From: Chrysomallon squamiferum
Taxonomy: Eukaryota; Animalia; Mollusca
Direction: 5' to 3'
DNA length: 64,000 nucleotides
NCBI GenBank assembly: GCA_012295275.1
Contig: CM022679.1
Coordinates: forward strand, 372,001-436,000
In this document: one piece after another, positions 26,004 through 36,200 of the stretch
Layout of the letters: each line of letters opens with the position of its first letter
Numbering within the stretch: the first letter of the stretch is position 1
Program-made: the position numbers and the translations under genes
The notes under the pieces: generated by a model
Told to the model about the DNA's origin: nothing
Databases searched by the model: none
What the model saw: the letters and a program-made list of their open reading frames with translations, nothing else

Positions 26004-28040
26004 CTTATATACATATTTTTTCCCTACTTGAGATATTTTGGTTCTGCCAGGGAGTTGTAGTAGTAGTGTGAATCGTCAGGTAGAAAGAATTCATCTCCAG
26101 TCGTGCTGATTATCATCTTGGGCATCGTCAGCGTGTCATTGAAAGCTGAAACAGCCATCTTTTATTATTATTAATTTTTTATATATATTATTAAGGTAAG
26201 ATCTCAGTTGTTTCATTCTGAATGAGAACTAAATTTCACCAATATCAAAAAGGAATAACTGAGTATTACGTCAATTAATTACATTATTAAAAGAGATAAA
26301 ATGAATATTTGATTTTAAAGGACATTTTACATATGGGATCAATGTAGTCAGCCATCTTCTGAGTACGAGGATTGTCGAGATGTTCGGTGAAGTTGAGTTC
26401 GTAGTAGCTGTCGAAAGCGAATGTCCAGCCACCGTACGCCCGGAAGTGATGATGTAGATTCTTAAAAAAAAGAAGGATTTGTTTTATCTATTATATTAAA
26501 TTAAATGCTTTCACTATCTCTACTGAAGATTAAAAGTAAACACGTTTTCTCTATTACATTAAATAAACACTTAAGTATCTGTACTGCATATTAACAATAA
26601 ACACATCTTCTCTGTAATAATTATTTATAGTTTAAACTGTTTACGGATAAAAAGTTGACTACTTTTCTGTTTCATTGTCTTACTTTGACCATGTGTAACA
26701 GATCCATGACAATGGGGACGATGGCCTTCACACGTGCATCCACTGCTCCCGTCGTCCACGTCGTCCAGCCTCGCTAGTGAAAACAAACAAACAAAGTTTT
26801 CATGTATAATTCAGATCCTGTGATACAGACAGACAAACAAAGTTTTCATGTATAATTCAGATCCTGTCATACATACAGACAAACAATGTTTTCATGTATA
26901 ATTCAGATCCTGTCATGCATACAGACAAACAAATAATGTTCTCATGTATAATTCAGATCATGCCATGCATACAGACAAACAAAAAGTGTTCTTGTTTAGA
27001 AATCAAATCTTGTCAAGCACACAGACACTGAAGTAATATACTTGTTTAGAATTTAAATCTGATCACATTCATATAGACATATAAGCAATGTATTTGTTAA
27101 GAATTAAAATCTTATCACATGCAGACAGAAACACAAACAAATCTTCTAACATGTACAGTAACCTGACTGCGTGAATTAACCAGTTTGTATGCAACACAAA
27201 ATGTATTCTGTGAAGCGTGCGTACTTTGGAGGCTCCAGCCACGTAGAACCGGTCAAGTTTTGTTGTAACATGTTTCTTCACCGCCACGTCTGCCATTGTG
27301 TCCAGTGCTCTTACAGAGGCCTGTTTACAGTGAGAAAGAAAAAAAGAAAGAAAGCAAAAAATATATATGTGTGTGTTATAGTGAATTTTTGAAACCAGAC
27401 ATTACCTATTGGTACCTACTGCAAAATGTTTAGTTTAATGCAGAATATCTAATACTTTTATTAGCTTTATTGTCAATGGTACCGTGATACTTTTAAAATA
27501 AATTAAATATCATTAAGTTATTGTCGGTTGTTTGATATTTATTACACATCAATTTCGGTAATTCGGACAAAGTCGCGAGAGAAGACCCGCTGAAAATGTT
27601 CATTAACAGCAAGAGTTCTTTCCCTTTGACAGGACATCAGAGTGTTTGTTAGCATTGCAGTGATTTGATATACAAGATCTTGAAAACACGCTACAAAAGT
27701 TGTCTTGATACGAATGACAAAACGTACAACGTTTCGTCACTTTCTGTACATTTTATCACCAGGGCCACGGTGTCAACTGACTACACATACAACTACAACT
27801 AATGTTTTTTGTTTTTTTCTTTCAACGAGAATTACGGATGCAAACTAATCTCATTAGCGTCAGCCAATCAGCGATAGGTACTAGTCAGCACTGGTAATTG
27901 TTTACATTTGTCTCCGATTACGTTTCCTTTTCGCGTCATTAAAGTTTTATGTTGGTATCGCGATTCGATCGCTGCTCTATCATATAATTAGTTGGTGAAA
28001 CAGGACAGTCTGTTTAGTCATATATATGTATGAACTGAGA

Positions 28041-28076
<36 letters not shown>

Positions 28077-28418
28077 TGTGTGTCTGGTGTGTATGTGTGT
28101 GTATGTATGTGTGTGTCTGGTGTGTGTGTGTGTATATGTGTGTGTGCGTGTGTTTGTGTTTGTCTGGTGTGTGTGTGTATGTGTATGAGTGTGTATGTGT
28201 GTGTGTGTGTGTCTGGTGTGTGTATGTGTTTGTGTGTGTTTAAGCATGATCAGACTAAACATAGACAAAATTCGGGAACGCACTTTCACAGGCGGGCAAA
28301 GTTCAAACATGACCTCAGAAACGTCGTTAAATGCCTCTGACATAACTCATACGTATGCCACCCATTCTGCTAACCCTGATCCTGTAAAGTTTATATGTGT
28401 GGATATGTATGTGTGCCT

Positions 28419-28498
<80 letters not shown>

Positions 28499-29822
28499 CA
28501 CTCTGTGTGTGTATGTGTGTATTTCAATTATCACCTTTGTCATAGGAAAGCGAAGAAGAAATTCAGGGTCCGTTTGGTTCTCTTGTACAAATGTCTTCCA
28601 TGTCCACGCGATGATGGAGTCTTCGCCTCTAGCCTTGTGAGTCGGGTCTGCCTAGCAACACAGCACCAGGTAAACTTTACATTTTATATATGTATATGTA
28701 CGTATGTATGCATGTATGTGTTTGTGTGTATATGTGTGTGTTTTTGTATGCATGTATGTATGTACGCACGCACATAAGGATATATGCATATGTATATGTA
28801 TTTGTATGTCACTTTTAGTGTGTGAACTTTATTATACTATTTAGATCGATTTATGTATTATCTTTCTCTGACACGTCATTTTAACTGGACCTATCTGATT
28901 AGTTGTTTCGTCTCTGTTACACTGTCAGTAAGAAATGTGATTTTATTTTGTGTCTCTGTTACATTCAATAAGAAGTTATTTTATTATGTGACAACTGTGT
29001 CTTTGTTACACCATCAGTAAGAATTGTTATTTTATTTTGTGACCAATTGTGACTCTGTTACAGTCCGTAAGAATTGTTATTTTGTTATGGGACCAGTTGT
29101 GTCTCTGTTACACTGTCAGTAAGAATTGTTATTTTATTATGCGACCAATTGTCTCTGTTACACAGACAGAAAGTCTTGCTATTTTATTGCATGATGAATT
29201 GTGGAGAGTAAATTTCAGATATGAAAAGTGAAATGTTGGACAAGTGATGCAATAAGAAGTGAGTAAAAGTAAATAAATGTAAAATAAATAAAATTAATTA
29301 GATACACATTTACCTTTTAGTTTTCAGATTAACTCTCTACGCTGCTAGTTTGGGCAAGCCGACTCGTGTGTGTGTGTGTGTGTGTGTGGTGCGCGTGTGT
29401 GTAAGTACCTGTTAACGTGAAACTTACAGCAAATGTGATCGGTTCGTTTGGTATCATTTTTAAATTTCCACCGATCATTCCAGTGCTAACAGCCATCATT
29501 ATCGACAACGCGACAAAGTTTTCTGTTATTTCCGGAGGCCTTGTATTAAAAATAAAAATAAAAATAAAAGTAAGACTCAAACAGTACAAAATTATAGTTA
29601 CATTTATCTGTAAGAGACACAAAGTTAAATATTTGTGACACTCACGGATTATGATTGGATCCGCCTTCGATGAACAGAAAGGCGTCATTGGGATATGTCA
29701 AATTATCCGGAACCGTCATGGAGAGATAGTGCCACCAGATCGGTTGACTAGACACCGCATCTGAAATCACGTGATATCTTTATTAAATATAACAAATTTA
29801 CAGTTTACTTAGTAGTCGTGTT

Positions 29823-29896
<74 letters not shown>

Positions 29897-30742
29897 AAAC
29901 AGAAGTAATGATAACAGTTACGATGATAATAAAGTATTACTGATATTTGTGTTCTATATATATACGTATGTGATAGATTACACGTTTTAATAAAGCTACA
30001 CGTCTGACAGATAGTACACGTTTTAATAAAGCTACACGTCTGACAGATAGTACACGTTTTAATAAAGCAACACGTCTGACACATATTACACGTTTTAGTA
30101 AAGCTCCATGTCTGACATAGACTACACGTTTTAATAAAGGTACACGTCTGACATAGACTACACGTTTTAATAAAGGTACACGTCTGACAGATACTACACG
30201 TTTTAATAAAGCAACATGTCTGACAGATATTACACGTTTTAGTAAAGCTACACGTCTGACACATATTACACGTTTTAGTAAAGCTACACGTCTGACAGAT
30301 AGTACACGTTTTAGTAAAGCTACACGTCTGACAGATATTACACGTTTTAGTAAAGCTACACGTCTGACAGATATTACACGTTTTAGTAAAGCTACACGTC
30401 TGACACATATTACACGTTTTAATAAAGGTACACGTCTGACAGATAGTACACGTTTTAGTAAAGCTACACGTCTGACACATATTACACGTTTTAGTAAAGC
30501 TACACGTCTGACAGATACTACACGTTTTAATAAAGGTACACGTCTGACACATATTACACGTTTTAATAAAGGTACACGTCTGACACATATTACACGTTTT
30601 AATAAAGGTACACGTCTGACAGATACTACACGTTTTAATAAAGGTACACGTCTGACAGATACTACACGTTTTAATAAAGGTACACGTCTGACAGATATTA
30701 TACGTTTGAATATCGCTATACATCTGATAGATATGAAATATT

Positions 30743-30785
<43 letters not shown>

Positions 30786-31019
30786 GGAAAGGAAAGAAAA
30801 AAAACATTTTGACATGATTGATTTAATGGGTCTGTAATTACCTGTCTTCCATTTTTGTGACGTCATATTGATAACATAATGGGTAAACCCCTCTCCTCTA
30901 ATGGTTCTCAGAATCTCGTATTTATAGTGAGGATCTGGTCTAAAAACATAATTATACAACGCTGACGATGTCGTACTTGGTATAGAAACAGACAAAACCA
31001 GGAGCAGTCTTAGCAACAT
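21100..31019 (-). CDS. Secreted PqaA-family (PhoPQ-activated pathogenicity-related) / autocrine proliferation repressor AprA-like alpha/beta-hydrolase, 14 exons, 481 aa
   Basis: Exons 31019-30842, 29760-29646, 29539-29428, 28651-28535, 27320-27225, 26773-26684, 26460-26331, 26145-26028, 24687-24600, 23307-23269, 23016-22928, 21950-21863, 21406-21341, 21219-21100 are all GT-AG and in phase (1446 nt). Signal peptide, then motifs NMTSQKW, PIWWHYL, IPNEP, EDSIIAWTW, FPMTKASVRALD, VAGASKRGWTTW, GDEFFLPD, PNAEH, RRDFR, GWLAFFIQ. Confidence 0.93.
21341..21406 (-). CDS. PqaA/AprA-like exon 13
   Basis: GNNSYMVEFEKPMEGWLAFFIQ. Confidence 0.9.
21863..21950 (-). CDS. PqaA/AprA-like exon 12
   Basis: RDFRLLVRGADGKPYPHPVIWNHHDVQDL. 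Confidence 0.9.
22215..22737 (-). mobile_element. 5' fragment of a Tigger/pogo-type DNA transposon
   Basis: TA followed by TIR-like CATTGGTACTTCGAGTTACG at 22737. From ATG 22473 it reads MDRKKVSAKDSAEKKKRIMSIELKHEIIEKHE*GVRVVNMARQYERNTPTKCTILKQESIKAVTLAKGVIIISKLRTSVLEKIEK, a CENP-B-type HTH N-terminus of Tigger transposases with an in-frame stop and 3' truncation. Confidence 0.85.
22762..22920. repeat. 33-bp minisatellite, ~5 copies
   Basis: Unit TGTAGGACGAGATGGAGATATTTCTTATGTCTG. Confidence 0.9.
22928..23016 (-). CDS. PqaA/AprA-like exon 11
   Basis: TLTGGRITLYSNVAPLKVDAMFALTLDGL(R). Confidence 0.88.
23073..23161. repeat. (AG)n microsatellite
   Basis: Perfect AG run serving as the polypyrimidine-rich part of intron 10 on -. 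Confidence 0.95.
23269..23307 (-). CDS. PqaA/AprA-like exon 10 (39 nt)
   Basis: TTTCAG|ATPLPKVSWKREV|GTAAGT. Confidence 0.85.
23865..24315 (+). mobile_element. Degenerate 3' fragment of an RTE-like non-LTR retrotransposon
   Basis: Frameshifted peptides in the expected order: VEKTEIFTYLGS, WIGK, ETMWKTT, VQIFNSICLKII, EDEIK, RIGYT, LTWIPQ, RSRNTWR; compare RTE C-terminal FTYLGS...RIGKA...ETW...CLRRI...WIGHTLR...WNPQGKRKRGRPRNTWR. Confidence 0.75.
24325..24595. repeat. ~27-bp degenerate tandem repeat, ~10 copies
   Basis: Unit TACTGTGTTTATGTAGAAAAATTCGAG. Confidence 0.8.
24600..24687 (-). CDS. PqaA/AprA-like exon 9
   Basis: ILPNAEHSCAGHELDIFFSMRSFFLSVAT. Confidence 0.92.
24873..25663. repeat. 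39-bp minisatellite, ~20 copies
   Basis: Unit ACAGTCGTATCAAATATCAAACAGCATTCACTTGTAATA. Confidence 0.95.
26028..26145 (-). CDS. PqaA/AprA-like exon 8
   Basis: FNDTLTMPKMIISTTGDEFFLPDDSHYYYNSLAEPKYL. Confidence 0.92.
26331..26460 (-). CDS. PqaA/AprA-like exon 7
   Basis: NLHHHFRAYGGWTFAFDSYYELNFTEHLDNPRTQKMADYIDPI. Confidence 0.92.
26684..26773 (-). CDS. PqaA/AprA-like exon 6
   Basis: RGWTTWTTGAVDARVKAIVPIVMDLLHMVK. Confidence 0.92.
26780..27140. repeat. 46-bp minisatellite in intron 5, decaying away from exon 6
   Basis: Unit ACAGACAAACAAAGTTTTCATGTATAATTCAGATCCTGTCATACAT. Confidence 0.9.
27225..27320 (-). CDS. PqaA/AprA-like exon 5
   Basis: ASVRALDTMADVAVKKHVTTKLDRFYVAGASK. Confidence 0.92.
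28535..28651 (-). CDS. PqaA/AprA-like exon 4
   Basis: ADPTHKARGEDSIIAWTWKTFVQENQTDPEFLLRFPMTK. Confidence 0.92.
28908..29190. repeat. ~50-bp minisatellite, ~5 copies
   Basis: GTCTCTGTTACACTGTCAGTAAGAATTGTTATTTTATT recurs at ~50-bp spacing (29051, 29101, 29151). Confidence 0.85.
29428..29539 (-). CDS. PqaA/AprA-like exon 3
   Basis: PPEITENFVALSIMMAVSTGMIGGNLKMIPNEPITFA. Confidence 0.92.
29646..29760 (-). CDS. PqaA/AprA-like exon 2
   Basis: DAVSSQPIWWHYLSMTVPDNLTYPNDAFLFIEGGSNHN. Confidence 0.92.
29977..30707. repeat. 36-bp minisatellite (18-bp substructure), ~20 copies, in intron 1
   Basis: Unit ACACGTTTTAATAAAGCTACACGTCTGACAGATAGT. Confidence 0.95.
30842..31019 (-). CDS. PqaA/AprA-like exon 1 (signal peptide)
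   Basis: GCCATG context; MLLRLLLVLSVSIPSTTSSALYNYVFRPDPHYKYEIL...NMTSQKWKT; donor GTAATT. Confidence 0.92.
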
Positions 31020-31192
31020 GGCAGCCGAAGAGATGTGAGAAATGATTTGCTGGACTTAGACCGAGTTATCAGCTTTAGTCACGCGAGTATCTTGTGACAC
31101 GATTTCTTATCTCAAGTAATAAATCCAGATAACTATAAACTTGATAAACACGTAATTTTCCTTTTTTTTCTTTTTCTTAAATAATAATAATC

Positions 31193-31233
<41 letters not shown>

Positions 31234-31532
31234 CGTCATCATCATCATTATTACTAATGTCATAATTGTTATTATTGTTATTATTAATATAATAATCTGA
31301 TCGGTGCAGATCACAGAACAAGGCTTCTTGTGAAATGTCTTAACTGAACAATGAAACAACAAACAATTTGCGAATAGCACATACTAATACTAGTTCTCGA
31401 TACAAATAAAAAATAAAATGTAATGAAATGAAATACATAGGTAAATAAATAAATAAATAAATACATTTTTAAATAAATAAATAAACAAATAAATAATTTA
31501 GAAAGTTTATGATTACTGTAAAATTCAAGGAC

Positions 31533-31599
31533 TACGGTTAGTGTTATGGTTTAGGGTTAGGGTTAGGGTTAGGGTTGCAAGGTAAGGGTTAGTATTAGG
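31533..31599 (+). repeat. Short interstitial telomere-type tract, (TTAGGG)4 with degenerate flanks
   Basis: TTAGGG x4 at 31551-31574, flanked by TACGG, TTAGTG, TTATGG, GTAAGGG and TTAGG variants. Confidence 0.85.
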
Positions 31600-31607
31600 A
31601 TGACTTA

Positions 31608-32162
31608 GTGTAATATCTGTCAGACATGTTGCTTTACTAAAACGTGTAATATGTGTCAGACGTGTTGCTTTATTAAAACGTGTAGTATCTGTCAGACGTG
31701 TAGCTTTATTAAAACGTGTACTATCTGTCAGACGTGTAGCTTTATTAAAACGTGTAGTATCTGTCAGACGTGTTGCTTTATTAAAACGTGTACTATCTGT
31801 CAGACGTGTAGCTTTATTAAAACGTGTAATATGTGTCAGACGTGTAGCTTTACTAAAACGTGTAATATGTGTCAGACGTGTTGCTTTATTAAAACGTGTA
31901 GTATCTGTCAGACATGTAGCTTTATTAAAACGTGTACTATCTGTCAGACGTGTAGCTTTATTAAAACGTGTAATATGTGTCAGACATGTAGCTTTATTAA
32001 AACGTGTACTATCTGTCAGACGTGTAGCTTTATTAAAACGTGTACTATCTGTCAGACGTGTAGCTTTATTAAAACGTGTAATCTATCACATACGTATATA
32101 TATAGAACACAAATATCAGTAATACTTTATTATCATCGTAACTGTTATCATTGCTTCTGTTT

Positions 32163-32221
<59 letters not shown>

Positions 32222-32815
32222 CCAACACGACTACTAAGTAAACTGTAAATTTGTTATATTTAATAAAGATATCACGTGATTTCAGATGCGGTGTCTAGTC
32301 AACCGATCTGGTGGCACTATCTCTCCATGACGGTTCCGGATAATTTGACATATCCCAATGACGCCTTTCTGTTCATCGAAGGCGGATCCAATCATAATCC
32401 GTGAGTGTCACAAATATTTAACTTTGTGTCTCTTACAGATAAATGTAACTATAATTTTGTACTGTTTGAGTCTTACTTTTATTTTTATTTTTATTTTTAA
32501 TACAAGGCCTCCGGAAATAACAGAAAACTTTGTCGCGTTGTCGATAATGATGGCTGTTAGCACTGGAATGATCGGTGGAAATTTAAAAATGATACCAAAC
32601 GAACCGATCACATTTGCTGTAAGTTTCACGTCAACAGGTACATACACACACGCGCACCACACACACACACACACACACACGAGTCGGCTTGCCCAAACTA
32701 GCAGCGTAGAGAGTTAATCTGAAAACTAAAAGGTAAATGTGTATCTAATTAATTTTATTTATTTTACATTTATTTACTTTTACTCACTTCTTATTGCGTC
32801 ACTTGTCCAACATTT
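31608..32815 (+). pseudogene. Inverted partial duplicate of the PqaA/AprA-like gene (intron-1 minisatellite, exon 2' 32286-32400, exon 3' 32507-32618, part of intron 3)
   Basis: Reverse complement of 29231 to ~30450; exon sequences and splice sites intact; a few intronic substitutions; no exon 1 or exon 4 onward in this orientation. Confidence 0.93.
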
Positions 32816-33235
32816 ATATGTATGTATGTCAGGATCTGAATTATACATCAAACCTTTGTTTGTCTGTATGTATGAGAGGATCTGAATTATACGTGAAAAC
32901 ACTGTTTGTTTGTATGTATGACAGGATCTGAATTGAACATGAAAACATTGTCTGTATGAAAGACATGATCTGAATTATACATAAAAGCTTTGTTTGTCAG
33001 TATAAATGACAGGATCTGAACTATACATGAAAACTTTGTTTCTCAGCGTGTATGGTAGCATCTGAATTATACATCAAACCTTTGTTTGTTTGTATGTATG
33101 ACAGGATCTGAATTATACAGGAAAACATTGTTTGTTTGTATGTATGACAGGATCAGAATTATACAGGAAAACATTGTTTGTTTGTATGTATGACAGGATC
33201 TGAATAATACACGAAAACATTGTTTGTCTGTATGA
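32816..33235. repeat. 46-bp minisatellite, ~9 copies, inverted relative to the intron-5 array
   Basis: Unit GTATGTATGACAGGATCTGAATTATACATGAAAACATTGTTTGTCT is the reverse complement of the 26780-27140 unit. Confidence 0.9.
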
Positions 33236-36200
33236 CTCGCCCCGCTGGCGTGCACCTTTTTTCCACGCGCAAAATGCGCAAAACGCATTTTATTTTTGAC
33301 TGTGCACGTGGGAAAAATCGGGCGCACATACCCAAAAGTGGGGCAAGGGTTGCCCTACACGGGTGAAAAGTGCCGCACGCCCCACCCAAGGGGAACAACT
33401 CGTTTCCGACACGTGCACAAAAAACGCACATATTTTTGAAAATTTGCTCGTTTTTTTTTCAAACGCATTTTCTAAAGGTGCAGCACCTTTGGAAAATGTT
33501 GGAAACCATTTTGCCACACTCGCCCCGACGGCGCGCACCTTTTGCACACGTTGAAATATTTTTCCCGACAGGACGGAATAGTGCCACACGGATTTTCAAC
33601 TTTTGAAAATCGAATTTTTTCAAGTTTCGTTGAAAATGCTAGGGGTACCTTATTCAAAGTGCAATAACTTTTTCTGTGCACGTGGGAAAAATCGGGCGCA
33701 CATACCCAAAAGTGGGGCAAGGGTTGCCCTACACGGGTGAAAAGTGCCGCACGCCACCCCAAGGGGAACAACTCGTTTCCGACACGTGCACAAAAAACGC
33801 ACATATTTTTGAAAATTTTCGCTTTTTTTTTTCAAACGCATTTTCTAAAGGTGCAGCACCTTTGGAAAATGTTGGAAACCATTTTGCCACACTCGCCCCG
33901 ACGGCGCGCACCTTTTGCACACGTTGAAATATTTTTCCCGACAGGACGGAATAGTGCCACACGGATTTTCAACTTTTGAAAATCGAATTTTTTCAAGTTT
34001 CGTTGAAAATGCTAGGGGTACCTTATTCAAAGTGCAATACTTTTTCTGTGCACGTGGGAAAAATCGGGCGCACATACCCAAAAGTGGGGCAAGGGTTGCC
34101 CTACACGGGTGAAAAGTGCCGCACGCCGCACCCAAGGGGAACAACTCGTTTCCGACACGTGCACAAAAAACGCACATATTTTTTGAAAATTTGCTCGTTT
34201 TTTTTTCAAACGCATTTTCTAAAGGTGCAGCACCTTTGGAAAATGTTGGAAACCATTTTGCCACACTCGCCCCGACGGCGCGCACCTTTTGCACACGTTG
34301 AAATATTTTTCCCGACAGGACGGAATAGTGCCACACGGATTTTCAACTTTTGAAAATCGAATTTTTTCAAGTTTCGTTGAAAATGCTAGGGGTACCTTTT
34401 TCAAAGTGCAATAACTTTTTCTGTGCACGTGGGAAAAATCGGGCGCACATACCCAAAAGTGGGGCAAGGGTTGCCCTACACGGGTGAAAAGTGCCGCACG
34501 CCGCACCCAAGGGGAACAACTCGTTTCCGACACGTGCACAAAAAACGCACATATTTTTGAAAATTTGCTCGTTTTTTTTTCAAACGCATTTTCTAAAGGT
34601 GCAGCACCTTTGGAAAATGTTGGAAACCATTTTGCCACACTCGCCCCGACGGCGCGCACCTTTTGCACACGTTGAAATATTTTTCCCGACAGGACGGAAT
34701 AGTGCCACACGGATTTTCAACTTTTGAAAATCGAATTTTTTCAAGTTTCGTTGAAAATGCTAGGGGTACCTTTTTCAAAGTGCAATAACTTTTTCTGTGC
34801 ACGTGGGAAAAATCGGGCGCACATACCCAAAAGTGGGGCAAGGGTTGCCCTACACGGGTGAAAAGTGCCGCACGCCGCACCCAAGGGGAACAACTCGTTT
34901 CCGACACGTGCACAAAAAACGCACATATTTTGAAAATTTGCTCGTTTTTTTTTCAAACGCATTTTCTAAAGGTGCAGCACCTTTGGAAAATGTTGGAAAC
35001 CATTTTGCCACACTCGCCCCGACGGCGCGCACCTTTTGCACACGTTGAAATATTTTTCCCGACAGGACGGAATAGTGCCACACGGATTTTCAACTTTTGA
35101 AAATCGAATTTTTTCAAGTTTCGTTGAAAATGCTAGGGGTACCTTTTTCAAAGTGCAATAACTTTTTCTGTGCACGTGGGAAAAATCGGGCGCACATACC
35201 CAAAAGTGGGGCAAGGGTTGCCCTACACGGGTGAAAAGTGCCGCACGCCGCACCCAAGGGGAACAACTCGTTTCCGACACGTGCACAAAAAACGCACATA
35301 TTTTTGAAAATTTGCTCGTTTTTTTTTCAAACGCATTTTCTAAAGGTGCAGCACCTTTGGAAAATGTTGGAAACCATTTTGCCACACTCGCCCCGACGGC
35401 GCGCACCTTTTGCACACGTTGAAATATTTTTCCCGACAGGACGGAATAGTGCCACACGGATTTTCAACTTTTGAAAATCGAATTTTTTCAAGTTTCGTTG
35501 AAAATGCTAGGGGTACCTTTTTCAAAGTGCAATAACTTTTTCTGTGCACGTGGGAAAAATCGGGCGCACATACCCAAAAGTGGGGCAAGGGTTGCCCTAC
35601 ACGGGTGAAAAGTGCCGCACGCCGCACCGAAGGGGAACAACTCGTTTCCGACACGTGCACAAAAAACGCACATATTTTGTGCACGTGTCGGAAAAAATTC
35701 GTTTTTTTTTCAAACGCATTTTCTAAAGGTGCAGCACCTTTGGAAAATGTTGGAAACCATTTTGCCACACTCGCCCCGACGGCGCGCACCTTTTGCACAC
35801 GTTGAAATATTTTTCCCGACAGGACGGAATAGTGCCACACGGATTTTCAACTTTTGAAAATCGAATTTTTTCAAGTTTCGTTGAAAATGCTAGGGGTACC
35901 TTTTTCAAAGTGCAACTTTTTTTTTCTGTGCACGTGGGAAAAATCGGGCGCACATATACCAAAAAGTGGGGCAAGGGTTGCCCTACACGGGTGAAAAGTG
36001 CCGCACGCCGCACCCAAGGGGAACAACTCGTTTCCGACACGTGCACAAAAAACGCACATATTTTTGAAAATTTGCTCGTTTTTTTTTTCAAACGCATTTT
36101 CTAAAGGTGCAGCACCTTTGGAAAATGTTGGAAACGTTTTTGCCACACTCGCCCCGACGGCGCGCACCTTTTGCACACGTTGAAATATTTTTCCCGACAG

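Noticed and set aside
28240-28385. Complex island with an acceptor-like TTTACAG in intron 4 of the PqaA-like gene
   Set aside because: All three frames hit stops, there is no donor, and exon 4 joins exon 5 seamlessly (PMTK|ASVRALD)
29809-30807. 332-aa Cys-rich ORF (CQTCxFxKTC repeats) resembling a metallothionein or zinc-binding protein, and its 196-aa twin at 31651-32241
   Set aside because: Translation of a stop-free 36-bp intronic minisatellite flanked by (AAT)n; it lies inside GT-AG intron 1
29937-30841. Extension of exon 1 into a 360-aa ORF with RRVALLKRV repeats
   Set aside because: Family similarity ends at the donor at 30841 and resumes in exon 2; the rest is intron read-through
21100-31019. 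Bacterial contamination or recent horizontal transfer as the source of the PqaA-like gene
   Set aside because: Thirteen canonical spliceosomal introns with host-type repeats and TEs, contiguous with an animal CK1 gene
33625-33641. CENP-B-box-like TTTCGTTGAAAATGCTA in each satellite monomer
   Set aside because: Matches only the TTCG...A half; the essential CGGG is missing
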